Shown here: piece after piece, positions 1 to 9,365 of the stretch
Layout of the letters: every line of letters starts with the position of its first letter
Position numbering within the stretch: the first letter of the stretch is position 1
NCBI GenBank assembly: GCA_045534225.1
Contig: JAZSJJ010000001.1
Span: 54,800-118,799 of the forward strand
DNA: 64,000 nucleotides
DNA from: Clostridia bacterium
Lineage (GTDB): Bacteria > Bacillota > Clostridia > TANB77 > CAG-465
Reading direction: 5' to 3'
The notes under the pieces: model-generated
Told to the model about the DNA's origin: nothing
Databases searched by the model: none
The model's input: the letters and a program-made list of their open reading frames with translations, nothing else
Made by a program: the position numbers and the translations under genes

Positions 1-10
1 TTGCGGCTGT

Positions 11-28
11 ACACACACACACACACAC
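11..28. repeat. (AC)9 dinucleotide microsatellite about 135 bp upstream of the first pilin-like gene
   Basis: Read directly: acacacacacacacacac at 11-28, which is unusual in an AT-rich genome. Confidence 0.9.
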
Positions 29-162
29 AAGTGCACTTACTAATGAAAAAACATTAGTAGCGTTTTCGTACCCTAAAATAATAAGTTAAAACAAGCAAAG
101 TAACATACATAGAAATATGTGTGCGGCTTTGCTTTTTTGCATGCAAAAAGGAGGAATGAGAA

Positions 163-963
163 ATGCAAAAGAAACAAGGTATATCCTTAATAGTTTTAGT
201 CATTACAATAATAGTAATGATAATTTTAGCAGCTAGTGTAGTAATAACACTTAGCAATACTGGTGTAATAAACAGAGCTAGTAACGCAGTGGATTTAACA
301 AATGAAAGACAAGTACAAGATATGGCTGCGTTGATTTGGGCGGATGCGTACATGGATAATTTAAGAGGAACTGCTTTAGTGACTAAAGTAATAGAGGAAT
401 TAGGAAAACAAGGTGTAACAGAAACTGATTGGAATATAACAGTAACTGATAGTGGGATTAGCATAAATAAACCAAATAATATTGAAATCAGAGCTGCTGG
501 ACTGTACAAATCAAATGGTGAATATGTTTCGTGGGAAACATTAATTTCAAATGATGTTATTAGAGTATCTGGAACTGGATTAGTTAGCGGCTTCGATGGT
601 GATGGAAATAATAGAATGAGTTCATATCTAGATGGAGAACTTGTGCTACCAAACGATGGAAGCATAACAGAAATATTAGGTCAAGCATTTTGTTGCTGTG
701 AAAATTTAACTGGACTTGTTGTACCAGAAGGTGTTACCGAAATACCAATGAATATGCTATTTGAAACACAAAAATTAACAACGTTAACACTACCAACAAC
801 AATAACTAGAATAGAAGCATACATTTTTTATAGCCCAAATCTAACAACTATTAACTACAATGGAACTAAAGCACAATGGAATGCAATAGAAAAAGACGAA
901 CTTTGGGATGATTCAACTGGAGAATATATAATTTATTGTTCAGATGGAAATGTAGAAAAATAA
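163..963 (+). CDS. Surface or secreted protein. The N-terminus resembles a class-III (type IV pilin-like) signal peptide (KKQGISLIVLVITIIVMIILA), followed by a conserved helical module and a C-terminal BspA-type leucine-rich repeat region. Paralogue 1 of 3.
   Basis: GGAGG RBS 8 nt before ATG 163. Basic residues then Gly then a 20-aa hydrophobic run, as in prepilins but with no Glu at +5. C-terminal LTxLxxPxxVTxI-type repeats. The N-terminal 65 aa are conserved with ORFs at 23748 and 59496. Confidence 0.6.
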   Translation: MQKKQGISLIVLVITIIVMIILAASVVITLSNTGVINRASNAVDLTNERQVQDMAALIWADAYMDNLRGTALVTKVIEELGKQGVTETDWNITVTDSGISINKPNNIEIRAAGLYKSNGEYVSWETLISNDVIRVSGTGLVSGFDGDGNNRMSSYLDGELVLPNDGSITEILGQAFCCCENLTGLVVPEGVTEIPMNMLFETQKLTTLTLPTTITRIEAYIFYSPNLTTINYNGTKAQWNAIEKDELWDDSTGEYIIYCSDGNVEK

Positions 964-1095
964 TAAATAAAACAAAGGTGGTAAATATACTACCTTTGTT
1001 TTTATATATTTATTTGGTAAAATTTCACATATTTTAGTTTTAGTGTTTATTTTTTTGTCGTAATATGGTATAATGAACTTGTTGGAGGTAAATTA

Positions 1096-2418
1096 ATGAA
1101 GACAGCGTTAGTTATATTAGGGTGTAGCAAAAACGAAGTAGATAGTGAAATGATTTTAGGTTATCTAGGAAGTATTGGTTTTGAGCTTACACAAAATTTA
1201 GATGAAGCAGAATGTATTGTAGTAAATACATGCGGTTTTATAAAATCTGCTAAGGAAGAAGCAATAAGCGTTATTCTAGATATGGCAGAATACAAAAAAA
1301 TAGGAAATCTTAAACATTTAATCGTAGTAGGATGTTTAGCAAAAAGATATAAGCAGGATATAATAAGAGAATTCAAAGAAGTAGATTTAGTCATTGGTGT
1401 AGATGAATATGATAATCTTAACAACATTTTTTCAGAATATTTCAAATTAAATAAAAGCAAAAATGGATTAGACTTTAATAATAGAATTGTATCAACAACT
1501 TTCCCAACAGCGTATATAAGAATTGCAGATGGATGTAATAATAATTGTCATTATTGCGCTATTCCCCTTATTAGAGGACATTTAAAGTCTAGAAAGATTG
1601 AAGATATTGTAGTTGAAGCTAAAGGTTTAGTAGATAAAGGTATACGTGAACTTGTTGTTATAGCTCAAGACACAACATCATATGGCATAGATATATATGG
1701 TAAACCAATGTTATTTAAGCTAATTCAGGAACTATCTAAATTAGAAGATTTGAAATGGATAAGAGTGTTATATATGTATCCAGGAAAGATAACAGATGAA
1801 CTTATTGAGGAATTTAAGACAAATCCTAAACTTGTGACATATTTCGACATACCTTTACAACATATTTCAGATAATATGTTAAAGGCTATGAATAGACATA
1901 CAAGTAAACAAGAAGTTTATGATTTAGTTGCTAAAATAAGAAAAGAGTTACCAGATGCTGTTTTAAGAACAACTTTAATGGTTGGATATCAAGGAGAAAC
2001 TGAACAGGATTTTGAAGAACTATTACAATGTGTAAGAGACTTTAAATTTGAGCGTTTAGGTGCTTTTACATTCTCTAAAGAAGATGATACTAAAGCTTGG
2101 GATATGCCAGGAGACGTACCAGAGAAAACAAAGAAACAAAGATATAAACTTCTTATGGAAGAACAACAAAAGGTTGTAGCAGAATATATGAAGTCTAATA
2201 TAGGAAGAAAAGTAGAAGTTCTTGTATGCGATGTAGACGATGAAGAAAAATATTTTGTATGTAGATCATATATGGATGCACCAGATGTAGATCCAAAAAT
2301 GTTAATTAAGATTAATAAAGAAAGTATATCAAGAGTTGTAGTTGGTGAATGGACTACAGTAGAAATAACAGGAATAAAGAAATACGATTATATATGTAAA
2401 GTAGTGAAGGGAGAATAG
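1096..2418 (+). CDS. rimO: Ribosomal protein S12 methylthiotransferase RimO (radical SAM MTTase with a TRAM domain)
   Basis: MTTase N-terminal domain (LGCSKNEVDSE), a CxxxCxxC radical SAM motif (CNNNCHYC) and a C-terminal TRAM. Extended -10 TGGTATAAT upstream. Confidence 0.75.
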   Translation: MKTALVILGCSKNEVDSEMILGYLGSIGFELTQNLDEAECIVVNTCGFIKSAKEEAISVILDMAEYKKIGNLKHLIVVGCLAKRYKQDIIREFKEVDLVIGVDEYDNLNNIFSEYFKLNKSKNGLDFNNRIVSTTFPTAYIRIADGCNNNCHYCAIPLIRGHLKSRKIEDIVVEAKGLVDKGIRELVVIAQDTTSYGIDIYGKPMLFKLIQELSKLEDLKWIRVLYMYPGKITDELIEEFKTNPKLVTYFDIPLQHISDNMLKAMNRHTSKQEVYDLVAKIRKELPDAVLRTTLMVGYQGETEQDFEELLQCVRDFKFERLGAFTFSKEDDTKAWDMPGDVPEKTKKQRYKLLMEEQQKVVAEYMKSNIGRKVEVLVCDVDDEEKYFVCRSYMDAPDVDPKMLIKINKESISRVVVGEWTTVEITGIKKYDYICKVVKGE

Positions 2419-2419
2419 A

Positions 2420-3754
2420 ATGTACAGTAAAGAAGATTTAAAAGCAAGTACACTTACAGAGCTAAGAGAAATTGCAGATAAAATAAAATTAGATGGATAT
2501 GAAAGATTAAAGAAAGAATATCTAATAGAAGAAATAGCAAATAAACTTGAAGAGAAAAAAGAACTTGAAGTTAAAAACGATATGCAAATAGAGAATCCAG
2601 AAACAGACTTCATAACTGAAGGAATACTTGAAGTATTAAACGATGGATATGGCTTTTTAAGAAGCGATAATTTATTATCTGGTAATAGAGATGTTTATGT
2701 ATCTCAAGTTCAAATAAGAAGATTTAATTTATCTACAGGAGATAAATTAAGAGGTATTGCGAGATTTACAACAGAACCAGCAAACAAATTCCCTTCTATG
2801 ATATTTGTAGAAAGTATAAATGGAGATAGAATAGATGTAGCTTTAAAGAGAAAAAGCTTTGATGCGTTAATACCAATTTATCCAAATGAGAAACTTAAAT
2901 TAGAAACCGAATCTGGAAGCGCTACAATGAGAATTTTAGACATTTTAGCTCCAATAGGTAAAGGAAGCCGTGGTATGATTGTTGCGCCGCCTAAAGCTGG
3001 TAAAACAACAATATTAAAACAAATAGCAACAAGTATTAGAAGAAATAACCCTGAAGTTACGCTTCTCGTATTGTTAATAGATGAAAGACCAGAAGAAGTA
3101 ACAGACATAGAACGTTCTATAGATGCGGAAGTTATTTCATCTACATTTGATGAATCACCAGAACATCATATAAGAGTTGCTAGAATGGTTTTAGAAAGAG
3201 CTAAGAGATTAGTAGAACATAATAAAGATGTTGTCATACTTCTAGATAGTATTACTAGACTTGCCAGAGCAAACAACTTAACAGTTGAACCATCTGGTAG
3301 AACATTATCTGGTGGTATAGATCCAGCATGTTTACATTTTCCTAAGAAATTCTTCGGAGCTGCAAGAAATATAGAAAAAGGCGGAAGCTTAACTATTCTT
3401 GGTACTGCATTAATAGAAACTGGTAGCAGAATGGATGATATTATCTTTGAAGAATTCAAAGGTACAGGTAATATGGAAATACACTTAGATAGAAAACTAA
3501 GTGAAAGAAGAATATTCCCAGCAGTAGATATAATTAAATCTTCAAGTAGAAGAGAAGAATTACTTCTTTCTAATGAAGAAATTGAAGCTAGTACAATTAT
3601 ACGTAAGCTAATAGGAAATCAAGTAGCAAATAGTATGCAAGCAATTGAAACAATAGAAAAAATATTTAATATGTTCGCTAAAACTACAACAAATAAAGAA
3701 TTTATGACATTACTTAAAACACAAGTTGTAAAGAAAAGCAAAGATAAAGAATAA
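2420..3754 (+). CDS. rho: Transcription termination factor Rho
   Basis: N-terminal RNA-binding domain, Walker A GKGSRGMIVAPPKAGKT and the RecA-like core. The start is 1 nt after the rimO stop. Confidence 0.95.
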   Translation: MYSKEDLKASTLTELREIADKIKLDGYERLKKEYLIEEIANKLEEKKELEVKNDMQIENPETDFITEGILEVLNDGYGFLRSDNLLSGNRDVYVSQVQIRRFNLSTGDKLRGIARFTTEPANKFPSMIFVESINGDRIDVALKRKSFDALIPIYPNEKLKLETESGSATMRILDILAPIGKGSRGMIVAPPKAGKTTILKQIATSIRRNNPEVTLLVLLIDERPEEVTDIERSIDAEVISSTFDESPEHHIRVARMVLERAKRLVEHNKDVVILLDSITRLARANNLTVEPSGRTLSGGIDPACLHFPKKFFGAARNIEKGGSLTILGTALIETGSRMDDIIFEEFKGTGNMEIHLDRKLSERRIFPAVDIIKSSSRREELLLSNEEIEASTIIRKLIGNQVANSMQAIETIEKIFNMFAKTTTNKEFMTLLKTQVVKKSKDKE

Positions 3755-4058
3755 TATATAAATAAGGCGGTAGATTAAATAATGTCTATCGCTTTATTTT
3801 TGATTCAGTATTTTATAATATATTGAATATGCAAATAAACCTAATGAAGTAAAGTGACAAGAGGTAAATTCAAGAGATATGTATAGGCAAAGACAAAATA
3901 AATTACATTTTTTTAACAAGAAATTAGAAAAACATGCACAAATTACCAAAATGAGACAAAATTATTTACAAAAAATGTAAATTGTATTATTATATAAATG
4001 ATTTTAGAATTGTGCTGAGTTAAGTAACAAAGCGGTTAGACTGAAAGGAGATATGTTT

Positions 4059-4826
4059 ATGTCTAAGAAAATACTTTCAACGATTTTGGTAATTGGGATG
4101 CTCTTTGCTTTTGGAGCAATGCCGATTAGTGCGTCAGCAAATTTTGTTGTGGAATATGCATATGATACAGCAAGTGATGAAGTAAAAGAGGTTATTACCG
4201 AAGAAGAATATAATGCTCTTGAGCTTTGGCTTAAAAAAAGCTTGTGGAAATATGGCATTCCTAATGCTGAAGAGTGTGAAAATATGGGCAACTCTCGAGC
4301 GGTTACAGACTCGCATTTTATTCCTAATTTTGCATCATTCACATTTTATACAAATGCAAGTTTTTCACAAACTCAAAACGTATGTGTGCCTCTTGCGATG
4401 ACAAATTGTATTTCATATTTTGATTACTTGGGCCGCTCACGCCTAGTATCTGGTAGTAGTGTGTCACAGTCTGAGTTCGATCAAATGTGCAATCTTACTG
4501 GTTGGTCGAACATAGATGGAAGCACACTTAAAGAAGGTGTAAATGGTTTGGCGTCTTACTGTAGATTGAGAAACTATACGGCGACAGATTTTGCACATTA
4601 TTTACAACATTGGGGAGGTGTGAAAGGCAATTTGGATTCCAACTATCCTGTATTTGTAACGCAAGATGTTGCTGGACAAACAAATGGTCATATTAATTTT
4701 GCAGTAGGATACAAAATTGAAGATGGAGAGAAACTTCTGTATGTTTATACTGGAGAATCAACTGCACCTATTGCTTGGCTTAATTTTGATGATGTGAAGC
4801 TTTACGACCGAATTTGGATCGAATAA
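4059..4826 (+). CDS. Secreted papain-like (C39/C1-like) cysteine peptidase candidate with a signal peptide; GC-elevated
   Basis: Signal peptide ending ISASA. Q-x5-C (QTQNVCV) and GHINFAVGY motifs resemble the papain-fold Cys/His dyad. About 40% GC in a roughly 27% GC background. An alternative start is ATG 4053. Confidence 0.45.
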   Translation: MSKKILSTILVIGMLFAFGAMPISASANFVVEYAYDTASDEVKEVITEEEYNALELWLKKSLWKYGIPNAEECENMGNSRAVTDSHFIPNFASFTFYTNASFSQTQNVCVPLAMTNCISYFDYLGRSRLVSGSSVSQSEFDQMCNLTGWSNIDGSTLKEGVNGLASYCRLRNYTATDFAHYLQHWGGVKGNLDSNYPVFVTQDVAGQTNGHINFAVGYKIEDGEKLLYVYTGESTAPIAWLNFDDVKLYDRIWIE

Positions 4827-4881
4827 TTGGCTTACGAAAATGTTAAATAAGTAAAAGTCTCGGCGCAATTTCTAAAATTAT

Positions 4882-4910
4882 ACTCCACAAAGCAAATTGC
4901 TTTGTGGAGT
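4882..4910. terminator. Bidirectional intrinsic terminator hairpin between convergent genes
   Basis: Perfect 12-bp stem actccacaaagc/gctttgtggagt with an AAAT loop. Confidence 0.7.
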
Positions 4911-4921
4911 ATCTATATATC

Positions 4922-5395
4922 TTATGTTAGAAGTTCAGTATAGTTTGTACTTGTATAATAATATGAATTATTTATAAGTATATTAAGTGTATTAATTTTT
5001 ATTGAAAGACTTATATCGTTTGAATGTAATAAGATAGTCACATGTTTTGGACCTAGTTGTAATTTATCACTAGAAATTCTATTGCCTTTAAAATTACCAA
5101 TTTTGTCAAGAAAAGCTTGTATTTTCAAAGTGTTAGTTATAGTTATAATTTCATCTTGCCCTAATTCATTAGAACAAAATTCTGCAGGGATATATACATC
5201 AATTTTTGTAATTTTCTTATTTATAATCTTTTTATAATCTTTGTTATCTGAAATAAATGATATTTTATCACTTTTAAAAGGTATGAATAAAATTCCTTCA
5301 TTAAATAAATAACACAATACTGAGAAGAAAATAATAAAAAATATAGTTAATATAATGGTTGTTATGACAATTATTTTTAACGTTTTGTTTTTCAT
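4922..5395 (-). CDS. Hypothetical membrane-anchored protein
   Basis: AGGAGGTG RBS before ATG at 5395 (MKNKTLKIIVITTII..). One N-terminal TM helix and no recognisable domain. Confidence 0.4.
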   Translation of the reverse strand: MKNKTLKIIVITTIILTIFFIIFFSVLCYLFNEGILFIPFKSDKISFISDNKDYKKIINKKITKIDVYIPAEFCSNELGQDEIITITNTLKIQAFLDKIGNFKGNRISSDKLQLGPKHVTILLHSNDISLSIKINTLNILINNSYYYTSTNYTELLT

Positions 5396-5781
5396 AAAGC
5401 ACCTCCTATTCAAGTATAATTCATAGTTCATATTAATACAATACAAATTAGATAAATTTTAGCTTTAATGGTAAAAAATACAAAATAATGACGTTGTCCG
5501 ACAAATTGCGTAATGGTAAAGCGATATTGTATGTGCAATAAGAAAATTAATATATCAATTTAGCAATGTTAGTATATTTGCGATATAAAGTATACCTCAT
5601 GTAGTATGTTTAAAAACGAGCATGTCAGCAACAGTTGGTGCAACAACAGATTTTAGCCTAGGGAAATAATAAATTTTAATAAAAGATTTAAGAAAAGGTT
5701 AATCTAGCTGTTAATATTTTTATTTATTTTCAAAATATACTTGCTTTTTATAATATAATTATAGTATAATAATTTTCGCAT

Positions 5782-5855
5782 AGGGGTATAGTTCATTGGT
5801 AGAATAAGAGTCTCCAAAACTCCAGAGCTTGGTTCGATTCCAAGTACCCCTGCCA
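5782..5855 (+). tRNA. trnW: tRNA-Trp (anticodon CCA)
   Basis: Folds by hand into a cloverleaf. Acceptor AGGGGTA/TACCCCT, D-arm GTTC..GAAT, anticodon loop CTCCAAA, T-arm CTTGG-TTCGATT-CCAAG, discriminator G and an encoded CCA. Confidence 0.85.
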
Positions 5856-5914
5856 AAGATAGACCCGATAGCAATCGGGTTTTATTATTATACAAAAGAT
5901 ATGAGGTATAACGT

Positions 5915-6532
5915 ATGAAAAAGAATTCATTTTATTATTCAGTTATTTTAATCATAGTATTATTATTAGTATCAACACTTCTTTTGGAAGAACAAATTGC
6001 TTCAAGAATTACAACAATAATTACAGTGTCTACCGCCTTGATAGGTGCAGTTGCTTTGTTTATTCAATATAAAAGGGATAAAGATGTAAATCAAGCAAGT
6101 TTCATAGTAGAATATGCCAAATATTTTTATAGTCTCAACGGTACAGAAGAATTAGTTATGCAGCTTGATGAATATCGTTTGGGAAATAAAGACGTTGTCA
6201 AAGATGTTTCGTATACAGCTATTGTTAACTATTTGTTTTGGTGTGAAGAATTAGCTACACTAGTACAAAAGAATATAATAGATATAGAAACAATAGATAA
6301 TTTATTTGCATATCTATTCTTTCTAATTACAAATAATAAATACATACAAGAAAAGGAACTTATCCCGCAAGCAGAGTTCTATAAAGGGACGTATTATCTT
6401 CATAAAGTTTGGACGGAATATAAGCTTAAGACAAAACAACCAATAATTACACCAGAAGAGAGTTTGGATAGAGTTCCAAAATATGATGAATATGCTAGAA
6501 AAGGAGATATATTCAACAAGAAAGAATATTAG
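5915..6532 (+). CDS. Hypothetical membrane protein: two N-terminal TM helices plus a cytoplasmic domain
   Basis: ORF with an RBS. The hydrophobic N-terminus was read directly; no family recognised. Confidence 0.4.
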   Translation: MKKNSFYYSVILIIVLLLVSTLLLEEQIASRITTIITVSTALIGAVALFIQYKRDKDVNQASFIVEYAKYFYSLNGTEELVMQLDEYRLGNKDVVKDVSYTAIVNYLFWCEELATLVQKNIIDIETIDNLFAYLFFLITNNKYIQEKELIPQAEFYKGTYYLHKVWTEYKLKTKQPIITPEESLDRVPKYDEYARKGDIFNKKEY

Positions 6533-6541
6533 GAGAAACAT

Positions 6542-7222
6542 ATGAAAAAATATTTACATGAGATGTGGATGGGAACAGCGGTAACGCTAATTATAATACT
6601 ATCTATAATAGCAAAAACAGAATTAATAAAAATTATAGCTTCAGTATGTGGAGTAATATATATATTAGGAATAGATAAAGAAAACAGAACAAGTCAAATA
6701 TTTGGTTTCATAAATACGGCAATATATGCGTATCTTATGCTTAAAGATGGAGTATATGGAAGCGCAATATATAACGGTCTTTATTGTCTTCCTATGTTAG
6801 TTTATACATATATAAACTGGGGTAAGAATAGTAATGATAAAGATAACAAAAAATTAAAGGTAGCAACATATTCTGTAAAGACAAGATGTTATCTTATAAT
6901 GGCGGCAATAGCAATAATTACAACATATTATGCAATAGCTGTTAAACTAGGAGTAAATTATGCATTAGTAGATGCTATAGTAATAACATGTGGAGCATTT
7001 GGCATGTATGCTATATCTAAGAAACACATAGAACAATGGTATGCATTTATAATAGTAAATATAGCAAATATTGCTATGTGGACAGTTGAAAGCATAAAAG
7101 ATCCATCAAATGCCACAATGGTTCTTATGTTTGTAATCTATATGATAAACAATATATATGGATTAAAGACATGGAGAGTCAGTAGAAAATACGATAGAAA
7201 TAAGGCTAAAAAAGAGGTTTAA
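6542..7222 (+). CDS. pnuC: PnuC-family nicotinamide riboside transporter-like membrane protein
   Basis: About 225 aa, multi-TM, with a conserved YxYINWGK tryptophan motif typical of PnuC; weak. Confidence 0.4.
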   Translation: MKKYLHEMWMGTAVTLIIILSIIAKTELIKIIASVCGVIYILGIDKENRTSQIFGFINTAIYAYLMLKDGVYGSAIYNGLYCLPMLVYTYINWGKNSNDKDNKKLKVATYSVKTRCYLIMAAIAIITTYYAIAVKLGVNYALVDAIVITCGAFGMYAISKKHIEQWYAFIIVNIANIAMWTVESIKDPSNATMVLMFVIYMINNIYGLKTWRVSRKYDRNKAKKEV

Positions 7223-7413
7223 GCAAATTAACGTCACACGCTAAATTGTGTGGCGTTTTTCTTGACTTTAATACCCCTTAATAGTATAATATATGAGAAT
7301 TGGTATGTATTTAATATACTAAGATTTGTACGGTTATTTATATATATAAAAATATTTAGAAACGGGGATAAAATTTAATATTGGTTTAATAACAAAGAAA
7401 GGATGATAAATGA

Positions 7414-9312
7414 ATGAATAAAACGGATAATGCCGTCTATGAAGAAGGCGTAAGTATGCTTCTTAATAAAGACATTAAGAAGAAACTAGAAAAAGAATCT
7501 AATATAGATATAGATAATATAAGTATAATGAAAACAGAAGAAATTTCTGAAAAAAGAAGAATGAAGAAAAATTTAACTGAAAAGAAGGTAGAAAAACCTG
7601 CTAAACATAACAGTACAAAAGAAAGTATATTTGAAAAGAATAAACTAAAAATAATTCCACTTGGTGGATTACAAGAAGTAGGAAAAAATATAACAGTATT
7701 TGAGTACGGAAACGATATCATAATTGTAGACTGTGGATTAGGATTCCCAGAAGATGATATGTTAGGTGTTGACCTTGTTATACCTGACACAACATATCTA
7801 GAAAAGAATATAACAAAAGTTAAAGGTTTATTTATAACTCACGGTCACGAAGATCATATAGGGGCTATACCATATTTCTTAAAGAAAATGAATGTACCAA
7901 TTTATGCAACAAAGCTTACAGCTGGATTAATTACAGCTAAGCTTGAGGAACATGGTTTAGATAAAACAGCAAAAATAAAAGTAATAGAACCAAGACAAAC
8001 AGTAACACTTGGTAAATTTAAGGTAGAGTTTATACGTACAACTCACTCAATAGCAGACTCAGTAGCGTTTGCTATAACAACACCAGTAGGAGTAGTAGTT
8101 CATACAGGAGACTTTAAGGTAGATTACACTCCAATAGATGGTCAAGTTATGGACTTTGCAAGATTTGCAGAACTTGGAACAAAAGGAGTAACACTTCTTT
8201 TATCTGATTCAACAAACGTTGAAAGACCAGGATATACAATGTCTGAAAGAAATGTTGGCGCGGAGTTTGATAAAATATTTATGAACTCTAACAAGAGAAT
8301 AATAGTTGCAACATTTGCATCTAACATACATAGAATGCAACAAATTGTATCTTCTGCAGCTAAGTTTGGAAGAAAAGTAGCTATAGTTGGACGTAGTATG
8401 ATAAGAGTTATGGGAGTTGCTCAAGAACTTGGATACTTAACAGCACCAGAAGGAACAATAATAGACATAGATAAGATAGGAATATATAACCCAGAACAAT
8501 TAGTAATAATAACTACTGGTTCTCAGGGCGAAACGATGTCTGGTCTTGCCAGAATGTCTCAAGGGGAACACAGAAAAGTAACTATTACAGAAAACGATCT
8601 TGTAATATTCTCATCTTCATCAATACCAGGAAATGAAAAATCTATTGGTAAAGTAATAGATGAGCTTCAAAAAATAGGAGCAGAAGTAATATATAATCAA
8701 CTTGCAGATGTTCACGTTTCAGGACACGCTTGCCAAGAAGAATTAAAATTAATGCTTATGCTTACTAAGCCAAAATACTTTATGCCAGTACACGGTGAAT
8801 ATAGATTCTTAAGACATCATAAAGAACTTGCTAAACAAGTCGGAATGCCATCAGATAATATATTCATATCTCAAAATGGTAGAGTATTAGAAATAGACGA
8901 TAAGTCTGCTAAATTAACTGGTCAAGTTCCATCAGGAGTTGTACTTGTAGATGGTCTTGGAGTAGGAGATGTTGGAAACATAGTTCTAAGAGACAGACAA
9001 ATGCTTTCAGAAAATGGTATGATACTTGTAGTATTCTCTCTTGAAAGTACAACAGGAGCGCTTGTAGGAGGCCCAGACATAATTACAAGAGGTTTTGTAT
9101 ATGTTCGTGAATCTGAAGACCTTGTTGATGAAATAAGAGAATATGCAAAAGAACAAATAGAGAAGCTAATACATGCACATGTTACAGAATGGTCAAGTAT
9201 AAAAGCCGGATTAAGACAAAATCTATGCGACTTTGTATACAAAAAGACTAAACGTAATCCAATGATACTTCCAATAATTACAGAAGTAAAATTAGCTAAA
9301 CCAAAACAATAA
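7414..9312 (+). CDS. rnj: Ribonuclease J (metallo-beta-lactamase/beta-CASP) with a Lys/Glu-rich N-terminal extension of about 75 aa
   Basis: KIIPLGGLQEVGKN, HGHEDHIG (HxHxDH) and beta-CASP motifs. The conserved RNase J core begins near residue 78 of the ORF. Confidence 0.9.
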   Translation: MNKTDNAVYEEGVSMLLNKDIKKKLEKESNIDIDNISIMKTEEISEKRRMKKNLTEKKVEKPAKHNSTKESIFEKNKLKIIPLGGLQEVGKNITVFEYGNDIIIVDCGLGFPEDDMLGVDLVIPDTTYLEKNITKVKGLFITHGHEDHIGAIPYFLKKMNVPIYATKLTAGLITAKLEEHGLDKTAKIKVIEPRQTVTLGKFKVEFIRTTHSIADSVAFAITTPVGVVVHTGDFKVDYTPIDGQVMDFARFAELGTKGVTLLLSDSTNVERPGYTMSERNVGAEFDKIFMNSNKRIIVATFASNIHRMQQIVSSAAKFGRKVAIVGRSMIRVMGVAQELGYLTAPEGTIIDIDKIGIYNPEQLVIITTGSQGETMSGLARMSQGEHRKVTITENDLVIFSSSSIPGNEKSIGKVIDELQKIGAEVIYNQLADVHVSGHACQEELKLMLMLTKPKYFMPVHGEYRFLRHHKELAKQVGMPSDNIFISQNGRVLEIDDKSAKLTGQVPSGVVLVDGLGVGDVGNIVLRDRQMLSENGMILVVFSLESTTGALVGGPDIITRGFVYVRESEDLVDEIREYAKEQIEKLIHAHVTEWSSIKAGLRQNLCDFVYKKTKRNPMILPIITEVKLAKPKQ

Positions 9313-9365
9313 AGAATATATTAATTAAAATATAAAATAAATGTAGACTAGAAGGAGAATATAAA

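Noticed and set aside
54-665. 203-aa ORF on the minus strand at the window start
   Set aside because: It is entirely antisense to the well-supported pilin-like/LRR gene (163-963), which has an RBS and a family signature. The ORF has no RBS and a low-complexity Ser/Leu-rich translation, so it is spurious.
5447-5781. Possible riboswitch or structured RNA in the 335-bp gap before tRNA-Trp
   Set aside because: I could not find conserved riboswitch motifs or extended complementary stems. It most likely holds the tRNA promoter and terminators of the flanking genes. It is left unannotated.
5704-5895. 63-aa minus-strand ORF
   Set aside because: It overlaps the tRNA-Trp gene (5782-5855) on the opposite strand. 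Spurious.
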